From the human T2T-CHM13v2.0 reference genome, Homo sapiens, in NCBI RefSeq assembly GCF_009914755.1, contig NC_060942.1: a DNA stretch of 64,000 nt; one strand, given 5' to 3'. Below are positions 27,540 through 40,210 of this stretch, in pieces. The translations under genes were made by a program, and so were the position numbers. The notes below the pieces were generated by a model, which searched no databases, was not told the DNA's origin, and saw only the letters and a program-made list of their open reading frames with translations. The first letter of the stretch is position 1. Every line of letters begins with the position of its first letter.

Positions 27540-28045
27540 TATATTAAAGTTCTCTAGAGGGACAGAACTAATAGAATATACACACACACACACATATATA
27601 TATACTCACCTTTATATATATATATATAATATATAATTACATATATATATGTATATATATATGGGGAGTTTATTAAGGAGTATTAATTCACATGATCACA
27701 AGGTCCAACAATAGGCTGTCTGCAAGCTGAGGTGCAAGGAAGCCTGTCCGAGTCCCAAAGATGAAGAACTTGGAGTTCGATGTCAAGAGCAGGAAGCATC
27801 CAGCACAGGAGAAAGATGTGGGCTGGGAGGCTAAGCCAGTCTAGTCTTCATGGTCTTCTGCCTGCTTTTATCCTAGCCACACTGACAGTTGATTAGATTG
27901 TGCCCATCCAGATTAAGCGTGGGTCTTCTTTCCCAGCCCACTGACTCAAATGTTAAACTTTGGCAACACCTTCACAGACACACCCAGGTTCAACAATGTG
28001 CATCTTTCAATCCAATTAAGTTGACACTCAGTATTAACCATCACG
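27540..28045 (-). mobile_element. MLT2A1 solo LTR (HERV-L)
   Basis: gttctctagagggacagaactaatag, (CA/TA)n, gagtttattaag...caatccaattaagttgacactcagtattaaccatcac; lacks the longer MLT2A2 internal segment; TSD attag (27535-27539)/gttag (28046-28050). Confidence 0.9.
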
Positions 28046-28236
28046 GTTAGCATAATGATTACTGTAGAATTGGAGCACTTTCAAATTTTCTTTGGGATAC
28101 TCCATGGATAACCATTTATTCCTTTTTAAACACCATGCTCTTCCTTACAGATGAAAGTGAAGGAATAAGCAAAAATTAAAATAATGCATAGCATGACCAT
28201 TACTACTGTCATAATTTTTAACTAAATTTTTTGAAA

Positions 28237-28556
28237 CTACTGGATATAGTGATTCATGCCTGAAATCTCAGTACTTTGGGAGGCTCAGGCAGGAAGATTA
28301 CTAGAGTCCAGGAGTTGGAGGCCAGCCTGGGCAACATAGTGAGACACGGTCTCTATAAAAAAATTAAAAAAAAAAAATAGCCAGTGTGCTAGCATGCTCC
28401 TGTACTCCCAGCTGTTCGGGAGGTTGAGGCGAGAGGATCGCTTGAGCCAAGGAAGTCAAGGCTTCAGTGAGCTGTGATCATGCCACCGCACTCCAGCCTG
28501 GACTACAGAATGAGACTCTGTCTCAAGGGAAAAAAAAGTTAAAAAAAAATAAAAAA
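28237..28556 (+). mobile_element. AluJ
   Basis: Two-arm Alu with gggcaacatagtgagac, aggatcgcttgagcc and gagctgtgatcatgcc. Confidence 0.92.
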
Positions 28557-28770
28557 GAAGGAAAGAAGGAAGGAAGGAAGGGAGGGAGGGAAAAAGAGAA
28601 AGAAAGAAAGAAAGAGGAAAAGAAAGAAAGAAGAAAGAAGGAAAGAAAGAGAAAGGAAGAAAGAAAGAAAGAGAAAGAAAGAAAGAACAAGAAAGAAAGA
28701 AAGAAAAGAAAAGAAAGAAAGAAAAGAAAAGAAAAGAAAAGAAAAGAAAAGAAAAGAAAAGAAAAGAAAA
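28557..28770. repeat. (GAAA/GAAAA)n purine microsatellite derived from the Alu tail
   Basis: About 215 bp of almost pure A/G, ending in a (GAAAA)n run. Confidence 0.95.
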
Positions 28771-28897
28771 GCTATTTTATGAGCTCTAGTTCTCCCAGCC
28801 CTTATTCAGGATTTGTAATGTCAGTAAACGATAGGATCTGACTTATATAGTTGGTTCATCCATTCATACAAGCATTTATTAAACTTGCATTGCATAC

Positions 28898-29375
28898 TGT
28901 ATTAGTTTTCCATTGCTGCTTTAGCAAACTGCCACAAATTGAGTTGCTTAAAACAACACAAATTTACTATCTTACAGTTCTGGAGATCAGAAAACTGCAT
29001 CGGTCTTAGGGTTAAAATTAAGGTGTCAGCAAGACTGCATTAATTTTAAAGGCTCTAGGGAAGAACGTGTTTCCTTGCCTTTTCCAGCTTCTAGAGGCTG
29101 CCAATTTACCTTGGCTTATGGAAAGCCAAAGCCAGCAATGACTAATTCGAGTCTTTCTCACATCATATCACTCTGACATAACTCTTCTGTTCCCCTCTTC
29201 TATATATAAAGAACCCTTGTGATTGTTTGGGATAATACAGGACAATCTCCTTATTTTATGGTCAGCTGATTAGCAACGTTAATTTCATGTGCAACCTTAA
29301 TTTCTCTTTTCTATGAAGAGGTTATAGGGAATAAAATATCCACATCTTTGGGTAGCCATTATTCTGCCTATCACA
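28898..29375 (-). mobile_element. MLT1D-like MaLR LTR inserted in an L2 3' end
   Basis: tgtattagttttccattgctgct...gtcagctgattagcaac...ccattattctgcctatcaca; TSD catac/cataa; L2 tail ttcatccattcatacaagcatttatt just upstream. Confidence 0.85.
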
Positions 29376-29850
29376 CATAATTACCAGAAATCCTCCTTTT
29401 ATAATGAGTGAAAAACTAGAAGAGAGAGAGACCATGGTGCAATCATATTTTAAACTAGAAGAAAACTGAAGGATCAGGAAAATCCTCTCAATTCACAGGA
29501 TATTTCTCTCCTTTTGATGGATATAGTCTTCAGTTTATTTCTTATGCTGAATGGTTTTGTAGATCTCCACTCCATGCCTAATATTATGTATACTCAGCAA
29601 ATAAATATAACTTCACAGAGTGTCCAATGCACACTCGGGATATCTCAGATGTTAGTGTAGATGAAAGAGAAAATAGGAACTGTTATGAGGGAGAAAAAAT
29701 AGCATCTGAATCAGAGAAGTATAGAAAGACTAAATGTTACAGGATGAAAACTGATATTAATCAAAAGCTACAATGTAATATATATCCAGAAAATATTATT
29801 TTTAGCCTTTAATTTTCTCTCTTTCAATAATGTGTTGTAAGAAATTGTAG

Positions 29851-30133
<283 letters not shown>

Positions 30134-31249
30134 TTATGCCTCTGTCCTTTTTTTTCTTCCCAGATATGAATGAATGCTTCAGTTTCCATAGCATACCTTA
30201 TTAATTTATTTGGAAAAAGTACAGTGTATTCAGAAACTTTCAGACATATCTGCTGCCTATGAAATGAGGAAAGCAGTATTTGTATCTCTTCTCTTTAGAA
30301 GACATGAGGATGGATGGCAAAAATCACTTGTAAAATACTTTAGATGTCTTGGAAAAGAAGCCCATCGAAATGGAAATTATTATCATCGGAAGAGTCATAA
30401 CAGTCTTCCAACTGTCATCGTTAGAGTGGAAAATGGTGATTCATTCTACTTTCCTTCTTCTTTGTCCCAGTGGATGAAAATCAGCTTATTAGTTGCTTAG
30501 TGTAACTGACAGTCTCTCCTTTATAAAACCCATTTCCAATTCACATTTCACTGAAATTTTAATCCAGTGAATTCTATTTTCTCCCTGTATTGCCAATTCA
30601 AAGACATTTTTTTGATGACTGTGGTCACTGCCTTCTAGTTCTCCTTCAGGAGGTGGGATTACTTTAAGAAAAGGCTGAGCAGAGCCTTCTCGTGGACATT
30701 CCAGTCCTGTGCCTTTTTAGAAGTAAAGGAAGAAGTGTCCTGATCTGGAGATCTAGAGCACTTATGGTCCCGAAAAACACCCATCCATATTAGGGCTAGG
30801 CAGAGAGAAGGAGTGTCATCCTATTTCAGGTATGGCCATCTCTCAGTCACTAATTCATCATTTGTATAGATTAATTCCAAATTTTAGAGTCATCGATGTA
30901 AGAAGGAGGTATTAAGCTCCTTGTTAAAATATAAAATTGTCACTACGGAAAGTCATACCTTTTATGCTGGCATGGTGCCTTTAGGGAGAGAAACAATTGC
31001 CCAGCATAATGGTTAGGGGTTGCCTCACACATTTTCATATAGTTCACTGTGACATGGGGTAACATCTAAAATTCTCTGAGATTTCAGAGGTTTCAGAAGT
31101 GTCTGAGAGCAAGCCACCAAGCCTGGAAAGTCCTCAGTGTTAGGGTAAAAAGGACAGAGAATGATATGTGGGCCTGGTGCCTGGGAAGTAGAGAGGAACA
31201 TAGACATTTCATGTGCAACCGGTTGAAATAGAGGCAGAGAACCAATAGG

Positions 31250-31385
31250 GATTTCTCTTTTGTAAAATGAGGAATCACAGTATACACCTCATTGCAATGG
31301 TGTGAAAATGAAAAGAATTAACATGGAAGTTATTTATAATAGTAACTGAAACATAATAAATGTTCAGTAAACATCAGTTAATAGT
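31250..31385 (+). mobile_element. MIR 3' half
   Basis: tgtaaaatgaggaatcacagtatacacctcattg...acataataaatgttcagtaaac. Confidence 0.6.
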
Positions 31386-31597
31386 ATAATTTTATTCTGT
31401 TAATTGTTATTGCTGTTGTATTCTTACATCTCAGAAGAACTCAACATCGAAAAGCTCATACTTCAGCAATAATTCTCTTCCAACCAGTGCCCTCAGAGCT
31501 TCTGTCATTCCAGGAGAGAAGGGAAGGAGAAGAGGGAAGGAGAAAACTTTCTATAATCCATGAGATTTTACCTTGGAGAAACTGCTATTAAACAGAA

Positions 31598-31762
31598 ATG
31601 CCTGTAATCCCAGCTACTTGGGAGGGTGAGGCAGGAGAATCCCTTGAACCTGGGAGGCGGAGGTTGCAGTGAGCCTAGATGGCACCACTCCACTCCAGCC
31701 TGGGGACAGAGAAAGACTCTGTCTCAAAAACCAAAAGAAAAACAAAAACAAACAAATAAAAA
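31598..31762 (+). mobile_element. AluS right arm only (5'-truncated)
   Basis: gcctgtaatcccagctacttgggagg...gactctgtctc with A-rich tail; TSD aaacagaaatg/aaacagatatg. Confidence 0.9.
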
Positions 31763-32099
31763 ACAGATATGACTGCGTTTACTTTAAATTGATAAGATTA
31801 TATTTTATGTCATTAGCAGAATTGTTGGCTTGGATAGTTTTATTCCACTTTTGTAAACCTTACTATTATTTTTGCCAAGGCAGTCCCTATTGAATGTTTA
31901 TTGTTACTATTCCTTATTTGTTATTATTATTAGATGTCTAAAATTTTATATTTAATTTCCTTGGGGAAATGATGCCTACTGAATATCAATCTCCTGGCAC
32001 AAAGTGACCTGCATGAAGAAAGGAAAGAAGGAAGGAGGGAGAAATAGAGAAAAGGAATGATGGAAGACAGATGGAAAAAAAAATACTGCCTAACGATAT

Positions 32100-32300
32100 A
32101 TTACTTTACCTGGGAGCTATATACTGGTATAAATACTGAGAATACTAAATATTTGGACATTGCAGTATGTGGTATACACTTTTCACTTGCAACTGGAAAA
32201 TCAAAGTGAATTGCTCAAGCTCTCACAGCTAGTTAGAAGCAGAAATATGACTTCAATTCTGGCCTCTTTCAGGGAAAGACCCATGCTACTCAACATGATG
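32100..32300 (-). mobile_element. MIR relic
   Basis: ttgctcaagctctcacagctagttagaagcaga. Confidence 0.55.
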
Positions 32301-33580
32301 TTATACAACACAATGTTCTCCACCAATTCCAATAGTAATAGTTGATGTAACCCCTCACATTTTCTCACTTCAAAGGCAAGGCAAAGATTTCTGGAGACGT
32401 TTGAATGGGTGTTCTTGTAAACTGCTCAATACTTTGAAAAAGTTATCCACTGTTTCAGTTTCCACATTATCTGTGATATTCTTAATTTGGTAGAAAATCT
32501 TCATTTCAATCAGTCAAATGCATCATTATTTCCTACTATGGTCTGTATTTTTTTGTTTTGTATGAAAAATCCTTCTCCACTCCATGGTCATAAAGACATT
32601 CTTCTCCAGTTTCTTTCCATAATGTGTAATTTTACTCTTAAAAGTTTAAATCTTTTTAACGGTCTTTTAAAAATCTTTTTATGACTCAACTGTCTTTACG
32701 TTGTGGGAAAGACAGGTTATTTTGCCCCCACAAGGAATAAATTTTTTCCAATGCTATTTATGAAATGATTCATCTTTTATACACTGATTTTGATGTGACT
32801 TAACCTATGCACTAATATTAATGTCATCCACACTTCTTAAATTTGCTCTGCTGATTCATTTACAAGTTCTCCTAAGGATTTAATTGTAATGATTTTTAAA
32901 TACCAAAATATCTGAATATTGAAGTCAATTCCCATACCCTCACTTTTTGCTTTTCTCTTTCTGAATTGTCTTCATCCTCTTTAATTCTGTCTTATATGTT
33001 TTAGAATAAACTTGTCAAGTGCTCTTTGTTTCAATCATGCTAGAGAAATTGCATTGAATTAGTATATGGATTTGGGTAGAATTAATATCTCAATATATTT
33101 ATTCCATTTATTTTTTTGGTCCAGTCTTCCTTATGTTCTTCAATAGTGTCAACATGTTAGGCCTAAAGTTATTTTACATTTCACTAGGGTTAAATTCTAG
33201 ATACATTATAAATTTTTGATTATAGATGATTTTTTAATATATAGATTATTGTGAGTAACATACAGAAATCTTGCCAAATTTACTAGTTAGAATTCCCCTT
33301 CTGATTATTATAATTTTATTTTGTTGAGTTTTATAGGTACACAGTTATTTTATTTGAATATATTTTTTTCTTTCTTTGCAACCATTACATATTTTATTTC
33401 CTTTGCATGTCCTATAATGTTGCACAGTATCTATATTGAATAGTGGCATTGATAGCAGGCATCCTATTTCAATGCAATTTTAAAAATAATCACATCTTTT
33501 ATTTGTCTTCATCAATTCTATTCGGGAAAGTTTATGTTAGATATTTTACTAATACTAAGGAGGTTTTATTCTACTCCTAT

Positions 33581-34318
33581 CGTGTTTGGAGTCGGTTCCT
33601 TCCGGTGGTTTGTAAAATGCACCAATCGGTGCTCTCTAAAAACGTACCAATCAGCTCTCTGTAGCTAGCTAGAGGCTTGTAAAATTGACCAATCAGCACT
33701 CTGTAAAATGGACCAATCAGCACCCTGTAAAATGGACCAATCAGCATTGATCTCCCTGACTTCAAGAATGAAGTGGTAGAACTTTGAGATCAGTGTTACA
33801 GCTCTTAAAGGTGGCACAGACCCAAAGAGTGAGCAGCAGGAAGATTTACTGTGAAGAGCAAAAGAGCAAAACCTCTAGAGCCTGGAAGGGGACCCCAGCA
33901 GGTTGAGGCTGCTGGCTGGGGTGGCCAGCTTTTACTCCCTTATTTCTCCCCAACCATGTCCTGCTGATTGGTTGACTTTACAGAGTGCTCATTGGTCCAT
34001 TTTACAGAGTGCTCATTGGTCCATTTTACAGGGGGCTGATTGGTCCATTTTACAGAGTGCTGATTGGTCCATTTACAGAGTGCTGATTGGTCGATTTTAC
34101 AAACCTCTAGCCAGCTACAGAGAGCTGATTGGTACGTTTTTACGGAGCTCTGATTGGTGCATTTTACAAACCTGTAGCTAGCCACAGAGCACTGATTGGT
34201 ATGTTTTACAATCCCTAGCTACAGGGTGCTGATTGGTGCATTTTACAATCCTCTTGTAAGACAGAAAAGTTCTCCAAGTCCCCACCTGACCCAGAAGTCC
34301 AACTGGCTTCACCTCTCA
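33581..34318 (-). mobile_element. LTR12-family (LTR12F-like, ERV9) solo LTR with an internal inverted duplication
   Basis: ggttccttccggtgg, gacttcaagaatgaag, tandem gctgattgg units, end ctggcttcacctctca; perfect 4-bp TSD CTAT (33577-33580, 34319-34322). Confidence 0.93.
33607..34240. promoter_or_regulatory. Two opposed CCAAT (NF-Y) arrays inside the LTR12
   Basis: 5 CCAAT on + at 33607-33745 and 10 ATTGG at about 33966-34240. Confidence 0.7.
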
Positions 34319-35289
34319 CTATTAAGCATCACAAGTGATGTTAGAATCTATCACAAGCTTTTTTGTGACTACTAACAAGATCTTTTTTTCCCTCATATAT
34401 GATTCTTTATATTCCTGGGATATCCCTTATTTTATTTTTTATAATAATGTGCCATTATTAAGTATTGTTTATGAAACTTGGTTACTTAACATTTTATTTA
34501 GAAATTTATGTCTATATACATAAGTGAGAAAATCTTGTCTTTTTTAAATTCTATCTTTAGCCCTTTTTTTGAATCAATGTTAAATTAGATGCCTCCCCCC
34601 AAAAATATGCGTATGAAATCTGCTATTTGTTCTTGAAGGTTTGGTAAATCTTACCATTAATACCAAGATTTCTAACACCTTTTAGTTGAGGTAGTTTTTT
34701 CTTACCTTTCCAATTTCTTTTTAACGAGAATTGATCTCATTAAATGTTCTCTCCCTTGAGAAAATTATGACATAGTATATTTTTCAGAAACTGATTAATA
34801 TTTTCTAGAATATTACACTTATAGGCATATGGTTTATTCTTCACCCACTTTCTAAGAATAAATTCAATCTCCTGCCCTCTTCAAAACAATTTCTCAGTTT
34901 TAAACCAGATATTTCTCCTTCTCTCCCACCCCCAATATTTCTAAATATGATAGAGACTGTGTGGCATAATTTATCATTTCATTTTATGCAAAATATGATT
35001 TTAAAAATAGGTCAATTAGTGGAAGATTGCATCAACTGCAGATAGACTTCTAAAAAGCAGTTTCACATTTTCTACTACCTTGAAACTATGATTTTAAGCA
35101 TCTACATATAGGTGAACTACTTTAATTATTGACACTTACTTACATCAATGTTTCTATATGCACCTTCCTCTTACAGTTTCCTCACCTTTTCTCATTTGGT
35201 TGAAGTTTTTTGTTGTTGTTATATGTTTGCTTGCTTTTCTCTACTCTTGCTTAAAAACCTCTTAACAAAAACTTTTGGTACTTCCCAGA

Positions 35290-35667
35290 TATTCTTCTGG
35301 TTTCACCATTTCTGTCCTTCTGGTAGGCTGCAAATTGCCTGGCTGTGTCTGAAGGCTTTTTTTCTGGAACTCTGAGAGGCAACTTCTGTCTGACCAGAAG
35401 TGCCCAAAAATTAACCCCCTCACCAGCAGCCTTCAACCATTGACTCTTTATAGTAGGTGTAAACATAACCTAGCTCCATTGTATTTTGGGTGAGACAATT
35501 TTGGAACATATTTTCCTGAGTTTCCCACCAGAACTATGATCTAGTCACTTCCTGAATTTACTAACTTTTTTCCCATGCATCATTTTCCATTCTGGCACCT
35601 TCCAAATAAACTTTGTGTACTTGAATTCTTATTCAGGGCTCATTTCTGGAAAAATCCAACCTAATAC
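35290..35667 (+). mobile_element. LTR16-family ERVL LTR
   Basis: gcagccttcaaccattgact...ccttccaaataaactttgtgtacttgaattcttattcaggg...ccaacctaataca. Confidence 0.7.
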
Positions 35668-36646
35668 AAAGATCAACTTCCTATGTCTAAATATCAAAGA
35701 CCAGTATAACTTTTAGAGTCAAAATAAAAATACATATTTTTCTTCAAGCTTTTCTACTGTCATCTAAATCACTTTAGAATCTCCTTTCAGATTCCCTAAA
35801 GTACAGCTTGCTTTTACTGCATAATTCATTATGTCATAATAGTAATACTGATTTGCATTGTATAATGCTGTATGTTTTGTCAGAGTGCTTTGAGCTATAC
35901 AATCTATTAACCCGTATCTTTTGACTTACTATTTTTTCAGTATATAGGCTCTCTTTATCCACTGATGCTTTAAAGTCCTTGATAGCAAGCAAATATAGAA
36001 AGAATTGTGCTATACCCTGATGGCTGACCATTGAATATGGAAATGAATCAATTCAATGAAATTAAACTATATTTGTTGCACAACAACAATTAAGGAATAT
36101 AATTTTATTATAAAATTCCTATCAGAAAGTTACGTACCATTACTCTTTTCAACTCCAGAGCATATTTTGTCCCCACATATCATGTTTCCCTTTGCCAGAA
36201 TTTGTTATAGTTTTAGTTTTTGCGTGTATTTTTACAGACAGAAAAAAATAGAAATATCAAGGATAAAAGGTGGTTCTCGTATGTAGCTTTTTTGAGGGAG
36301 ACTTCATATTTACCTTTGTGGCTCATTTAATATTCAGTTCTGTAAATGTTTTCTTTCTGCCCAAAAGTCTTACCTTTGTCACTCCAAGATTCCTTGACTC
36401 CTAGTAATCTTATTCTAAACCATCTAATTTGCCAAGACCTGTGTGTGGTAAAAAATAGGGAATTTGGCAATTCAAGGAATAATTGCTAATGACATAGAGT
36501 GAGAGGTTAATAATAGAAGGAGCATAGTGTTCATAATATGGCAAAAAACTGAGTTGTTAGATGGTAAAATTGGAAAGAATATCTAATGTGTTTTATGTCC
36601 CTTACTGCCTTTCTTGTCAACAGATGACAAACTGGACATGAACATC

Positions 36647-37004
36647 TGTATTAGTCTGTTTCCATGCTGCTAATAAAGACATACCTGAGACTGGGCAATT
36701 TATAAAAGAAAGAGGTTTAATGGCTCTTAAAGCCAATGGCTGGGAAGGCCTCACAATCATGGTTGAAGGCGAATGAGGAGTAAAGTCACATCTTACACGG
36801 TAGAAGGCAAGAGAGCATATGCAGGGAAAATTTCCTTTATAAAATCATCAGATCTCAAGAGACTCACTCACTATCATGAGAACAGCACGAGAAAAACCCA
36901 CCCCCATGATTCAATTACCTCCTACCAAGTACCTTCTCCAACACATGGGCATTTTTACAATTCAAGGTGAGATATGGGTGAGGACACCGAGCCAAACCGT
37001 ATCA
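36647..37004 (-). mobile_element. THE1 (THE1C-like) MaLR solo LTR
   Basis: tgtattagtctgtttccatgctgctaataaagacatacctgagactggg...gagccaaaccgtatca; perfect 5-bp TSD ACATC (36642-36646, 37005-37009). Confidence 0.93.
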
Positions 37005-37710
37005 ACATCTGTGTCTCAGTATGAGAATGCATTTCAAGTTAGTAAAGATTAAGCATTTAACCTGCAAGTGTTTCTTTTATACAGAATGAAAAAAAATGGA
37101 ATACAATTGGTAAAATCAATTATTTTTGCAGGTAGAAATGTTGAAATTATTAACTCTGGGCAAAAACTACCTCACTTTGGAAATTTCTCTTTTTCCATCA
37201 AGTAAACCTGATGGCTAATGTTGCAGCATTGTGAGTCATGTGTGAGGATAGCATTGGGGCTGCCAAAATACCACTGGACATGGGGTAATATAACAATGTG
37301 TTGGATATTAAAGATCTAGAAGCAACTCTTAATCCAGTTTCCAATAACCAGTCCCATGAGACATCCAATCCTTCACCTGAACCAGTTAAAAAAAATGAAG
37401 AATGTCAACAGTAGTAATATTGAGATGTATTAACTGTAAAATGTTCTGGTGCACATAATGACAGTCATAGCACTAATAACGCTTTGCAATTAAATAGCAC
37501 TTATCTTTCTAGGAGTTCAAAGTGCTTCCCAATACAATATTGCACAACCTTGTGATGTGAAGAGGGAAAAAGCTTCCTCAAAATTCATGGAGAAAGAAAA
37601 GCGTTTTATGCCACTAGATATGGTTTCCTCTCAAATATGACAAGAAATTCCACACTGATCAGACTCACTGCCCATTTAGCAAAGATTTGCCTCTAACAGA
37701 GAGCGTAGGG

Positions 37711-37770
37711 AGTAAAATGTAAAGTAAAGTAAAATGTAAATGTAAATGTAAAGTAAAGTAAAATGTAAAG
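37711..37770. repeat. (GTAAA/TGTAAA)n compound simple repeat
   Basis: Direct reading. Confidence 0.8.
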
Positions 37771-39949
37771 CTAGTTATCTTAGCTTCAAAGCTTCCAGCA
37801 GTCTATTGCTGGGTCTGCACTAAGTTCCTGAGTAATCAAGTCTGCTTTTCTGTCATTGTTTTCTATCTTTAAAATAAAGAGAGCACACACTATGTATGTG
37901 TGCAGGTACCATGGTTTGGCTGAAGAGTTCATTTGTTTTTCTTTTAACCTGGCTTGTCATTCTTCTTTTAGGACATTTATGTATATAGGGTATATGTTAT
38001 TCACAAGGCTTTCAATTTTACAAAATAATGTCACTTAGCTAGCACTCTTGCCAGAACACTACAAATCTCTGCCTTGCCAACCTCACTAGGGTGTTTCATC
38101 AAATGCCACTTATGATTGAAAGCCCTTTGAAAAGTATAGAGCATTAGATAAATGAGAGTTATTGTTATAATTTAATTTCTCTTTATCACCCATTATAGAG
38201 TCATCATCTGTGAATTTATTGTATAGATGGGATAATAAACCAGAGATTGGTGGCATTGGAAAAGAAAAAAACATTTCCAAAATGAAAGCCCTCTATAAAT
38301 TGACTCTTTCCTGAAATATTTCTATTTCTCTTGAAAAATCTCTCCTATCTCACTGTGTGTGAACTTTTCAATATGTAAATTCACACCCAGCTGAGGCTTT
38401 TATATTTACTAATGGGGATGAAGCAGACACAACTCTGGTGGAAGACAATTTGCCTCACCAGTGTCATAATGGGTACTTCTAATTTAAATCTTGAAATAAC
38501 AATTCTTGTTTCTATTCTGGCTTTATCACTATCTACCCATGTGGTTCCAGCAAGTCATTAAACCTTTCAGGTAACTTGATGACCTCTTCCAGAAAACAGA
38601 ATTATTAACACCATAAAAGGCAGTTATGATAAATAAACTATGAAAATAATTGGCTGAATAGAAATAATTAGGGACAAATACCTGATGGTTCTCTTGATTT
38701 TCAAGTTGTTTGCTAACCAACACTTGTGTAGATTTGCTATGTTGAAACCAAACAACTAGCTTACTTAATTATATCTAGGTCTAATACAGGCATGGCTAGA
38801 GTTTAAGTGGGCAATTTCAAAAGCAATCCCAGGTAGCATTTTAGAATGGTATACAGTGTTTTAAGTATTCATTATCCCTGAGCATTTGCCTGGATCTATA
38901 CAAGGCAAATATTTCACAGCAGTAGAAACTATATATGGAAGAATTGTGAAAGTAATTTTAATCTGTAAGGGAGTTGGTCTGGGTAAGTTATTTTCATAAT
39001 GTTTATAAACCAGTATACACATTTGATTAACAGCCCATATGGATTTTCATGCTTGGAAAACGACCATCCGCAGGAAAATGTATCCATTATGTTTATTACT
39101 TTAGCATTGTTTGACTGACTACTGAGTTCTATAAATTTGAGCACTTCAGACTAATTGTTTGTGTGTGTACAGTCCTGCCAAACTCATTGATAAGCTACTT
39201 GATGTTCTCTTCTCTTTGCTGTGTTCTTCTAGAAAGAATGATCTTTAAGAAAATACTGTCTCTGTAATTTCGTTTCCTTTGGATGCTTTGGCTGTTAGAG
39301 GGTTAAAAAAATGATTATGATGCTAACTTGAAACAACTCAACAAGGTAACTTTGGGATGCTTCTGCTTAGTGGAGACTTTAAAAGCTTTGGAAATGCTCT
39401 TAAAGTTATATGGATTTTTTTTTCCTTTTTTATAGTCAGTTAAAAATTATATTTTTAAACTCTACAGTTCAAGGAGAAAAGCAATTATCAAAATGCAATA
39501 AACTTCTAAGTAAAGTACAAATTGCTTCTGTGGCCTTAACTGTCAAAATAGAGAGCTTCTGGTAATGTGTTTCATGAGTCAATCAGCCGGATTCTTGCCA
39601 CACATTCTGACACCCAGGGGAAGGGGAGAGGTCATCATAGAACTCTAAGAAGGTGCTCATGGAAGAACCAGACTTGAGAAAGTGGTGAGAAGTTAACATT
39701 TGGCTTTTTTTTTTCTTAGTCTTTTTTCTGACAGCTTTTCCTTTTGGTTACTTCTTTCCTAACACCAAGCTTGATTCTCACGCACTGACAGGAGGGAGGA
39801 AGCAGAAAAAGTAGCTGTTTTCACCGTGCGAGATGAAAATCCTGGTGCCTTGCACATTGTTGGAATGTAATAAATATCTGTTGGTTGATCACTTCTCTTA
39901 CTTCATTTATATTCTGCACCACACTACAGAACATTTAAGGCCCTGGAGG

Positions 39950-40210
39950 CATAGAATTGGGGATTTAGAAAGGATTTTAGCTGACATCTAATCCAACTTC
40001 AGACAAGAGAAGGAGTCCTTTCTGCAATATCCCAGGCTGATTGTCATCTCTCTTCCCTTTGAATCCTTTCAGTGTGGCAGAAGAAACTACTTCTGAGGCA
40101 ACATATTTCATTGTTGGATAGCTGTATGTTTAAAAAGTTTTAATAAAACCTTCCTCTTTTAAAATTCTATGCAGGTTTCTAGATCTGCCTTCTGGTGCAA
40201 AACAGACTTC
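39950..40210 (-). mobile_element. L3/CR1 relic
   Basis: catagaatt...tagaaaggatttta...atctaatccaac; ttcattgttggatagctgtatgtttaaaaagtt. Confidence 0.6.

Larger units (their letters stand above)
32480..34830 (-). mobile_element. Old L1M ORF2 relic, interrupted by the LTR12 insertion
   Basis: Antisense L1-like motifs: aatccttctccactccatggtcataaagacattcttc, tttagaataaacttgtcaagt, aaattgcattgaattagtatatggatttggg, gaaggtttggtaaa. Confidence 0.7.

Noticed and set aside
28920-28945. MLT1D internal splice donor
   Set aside because: The expected GT appears to read GC on the minus strand (ttgtggcagttt), so it is probably inactive
33903-34185. Repetitive ORFs (WSILQSAD / KWTNQHSV) and a CRISPR-like look of the 23-24-bp units
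   Set aside because: These are the tandem CCAAT units of LTR12, with no unique spacers; the DNA is human
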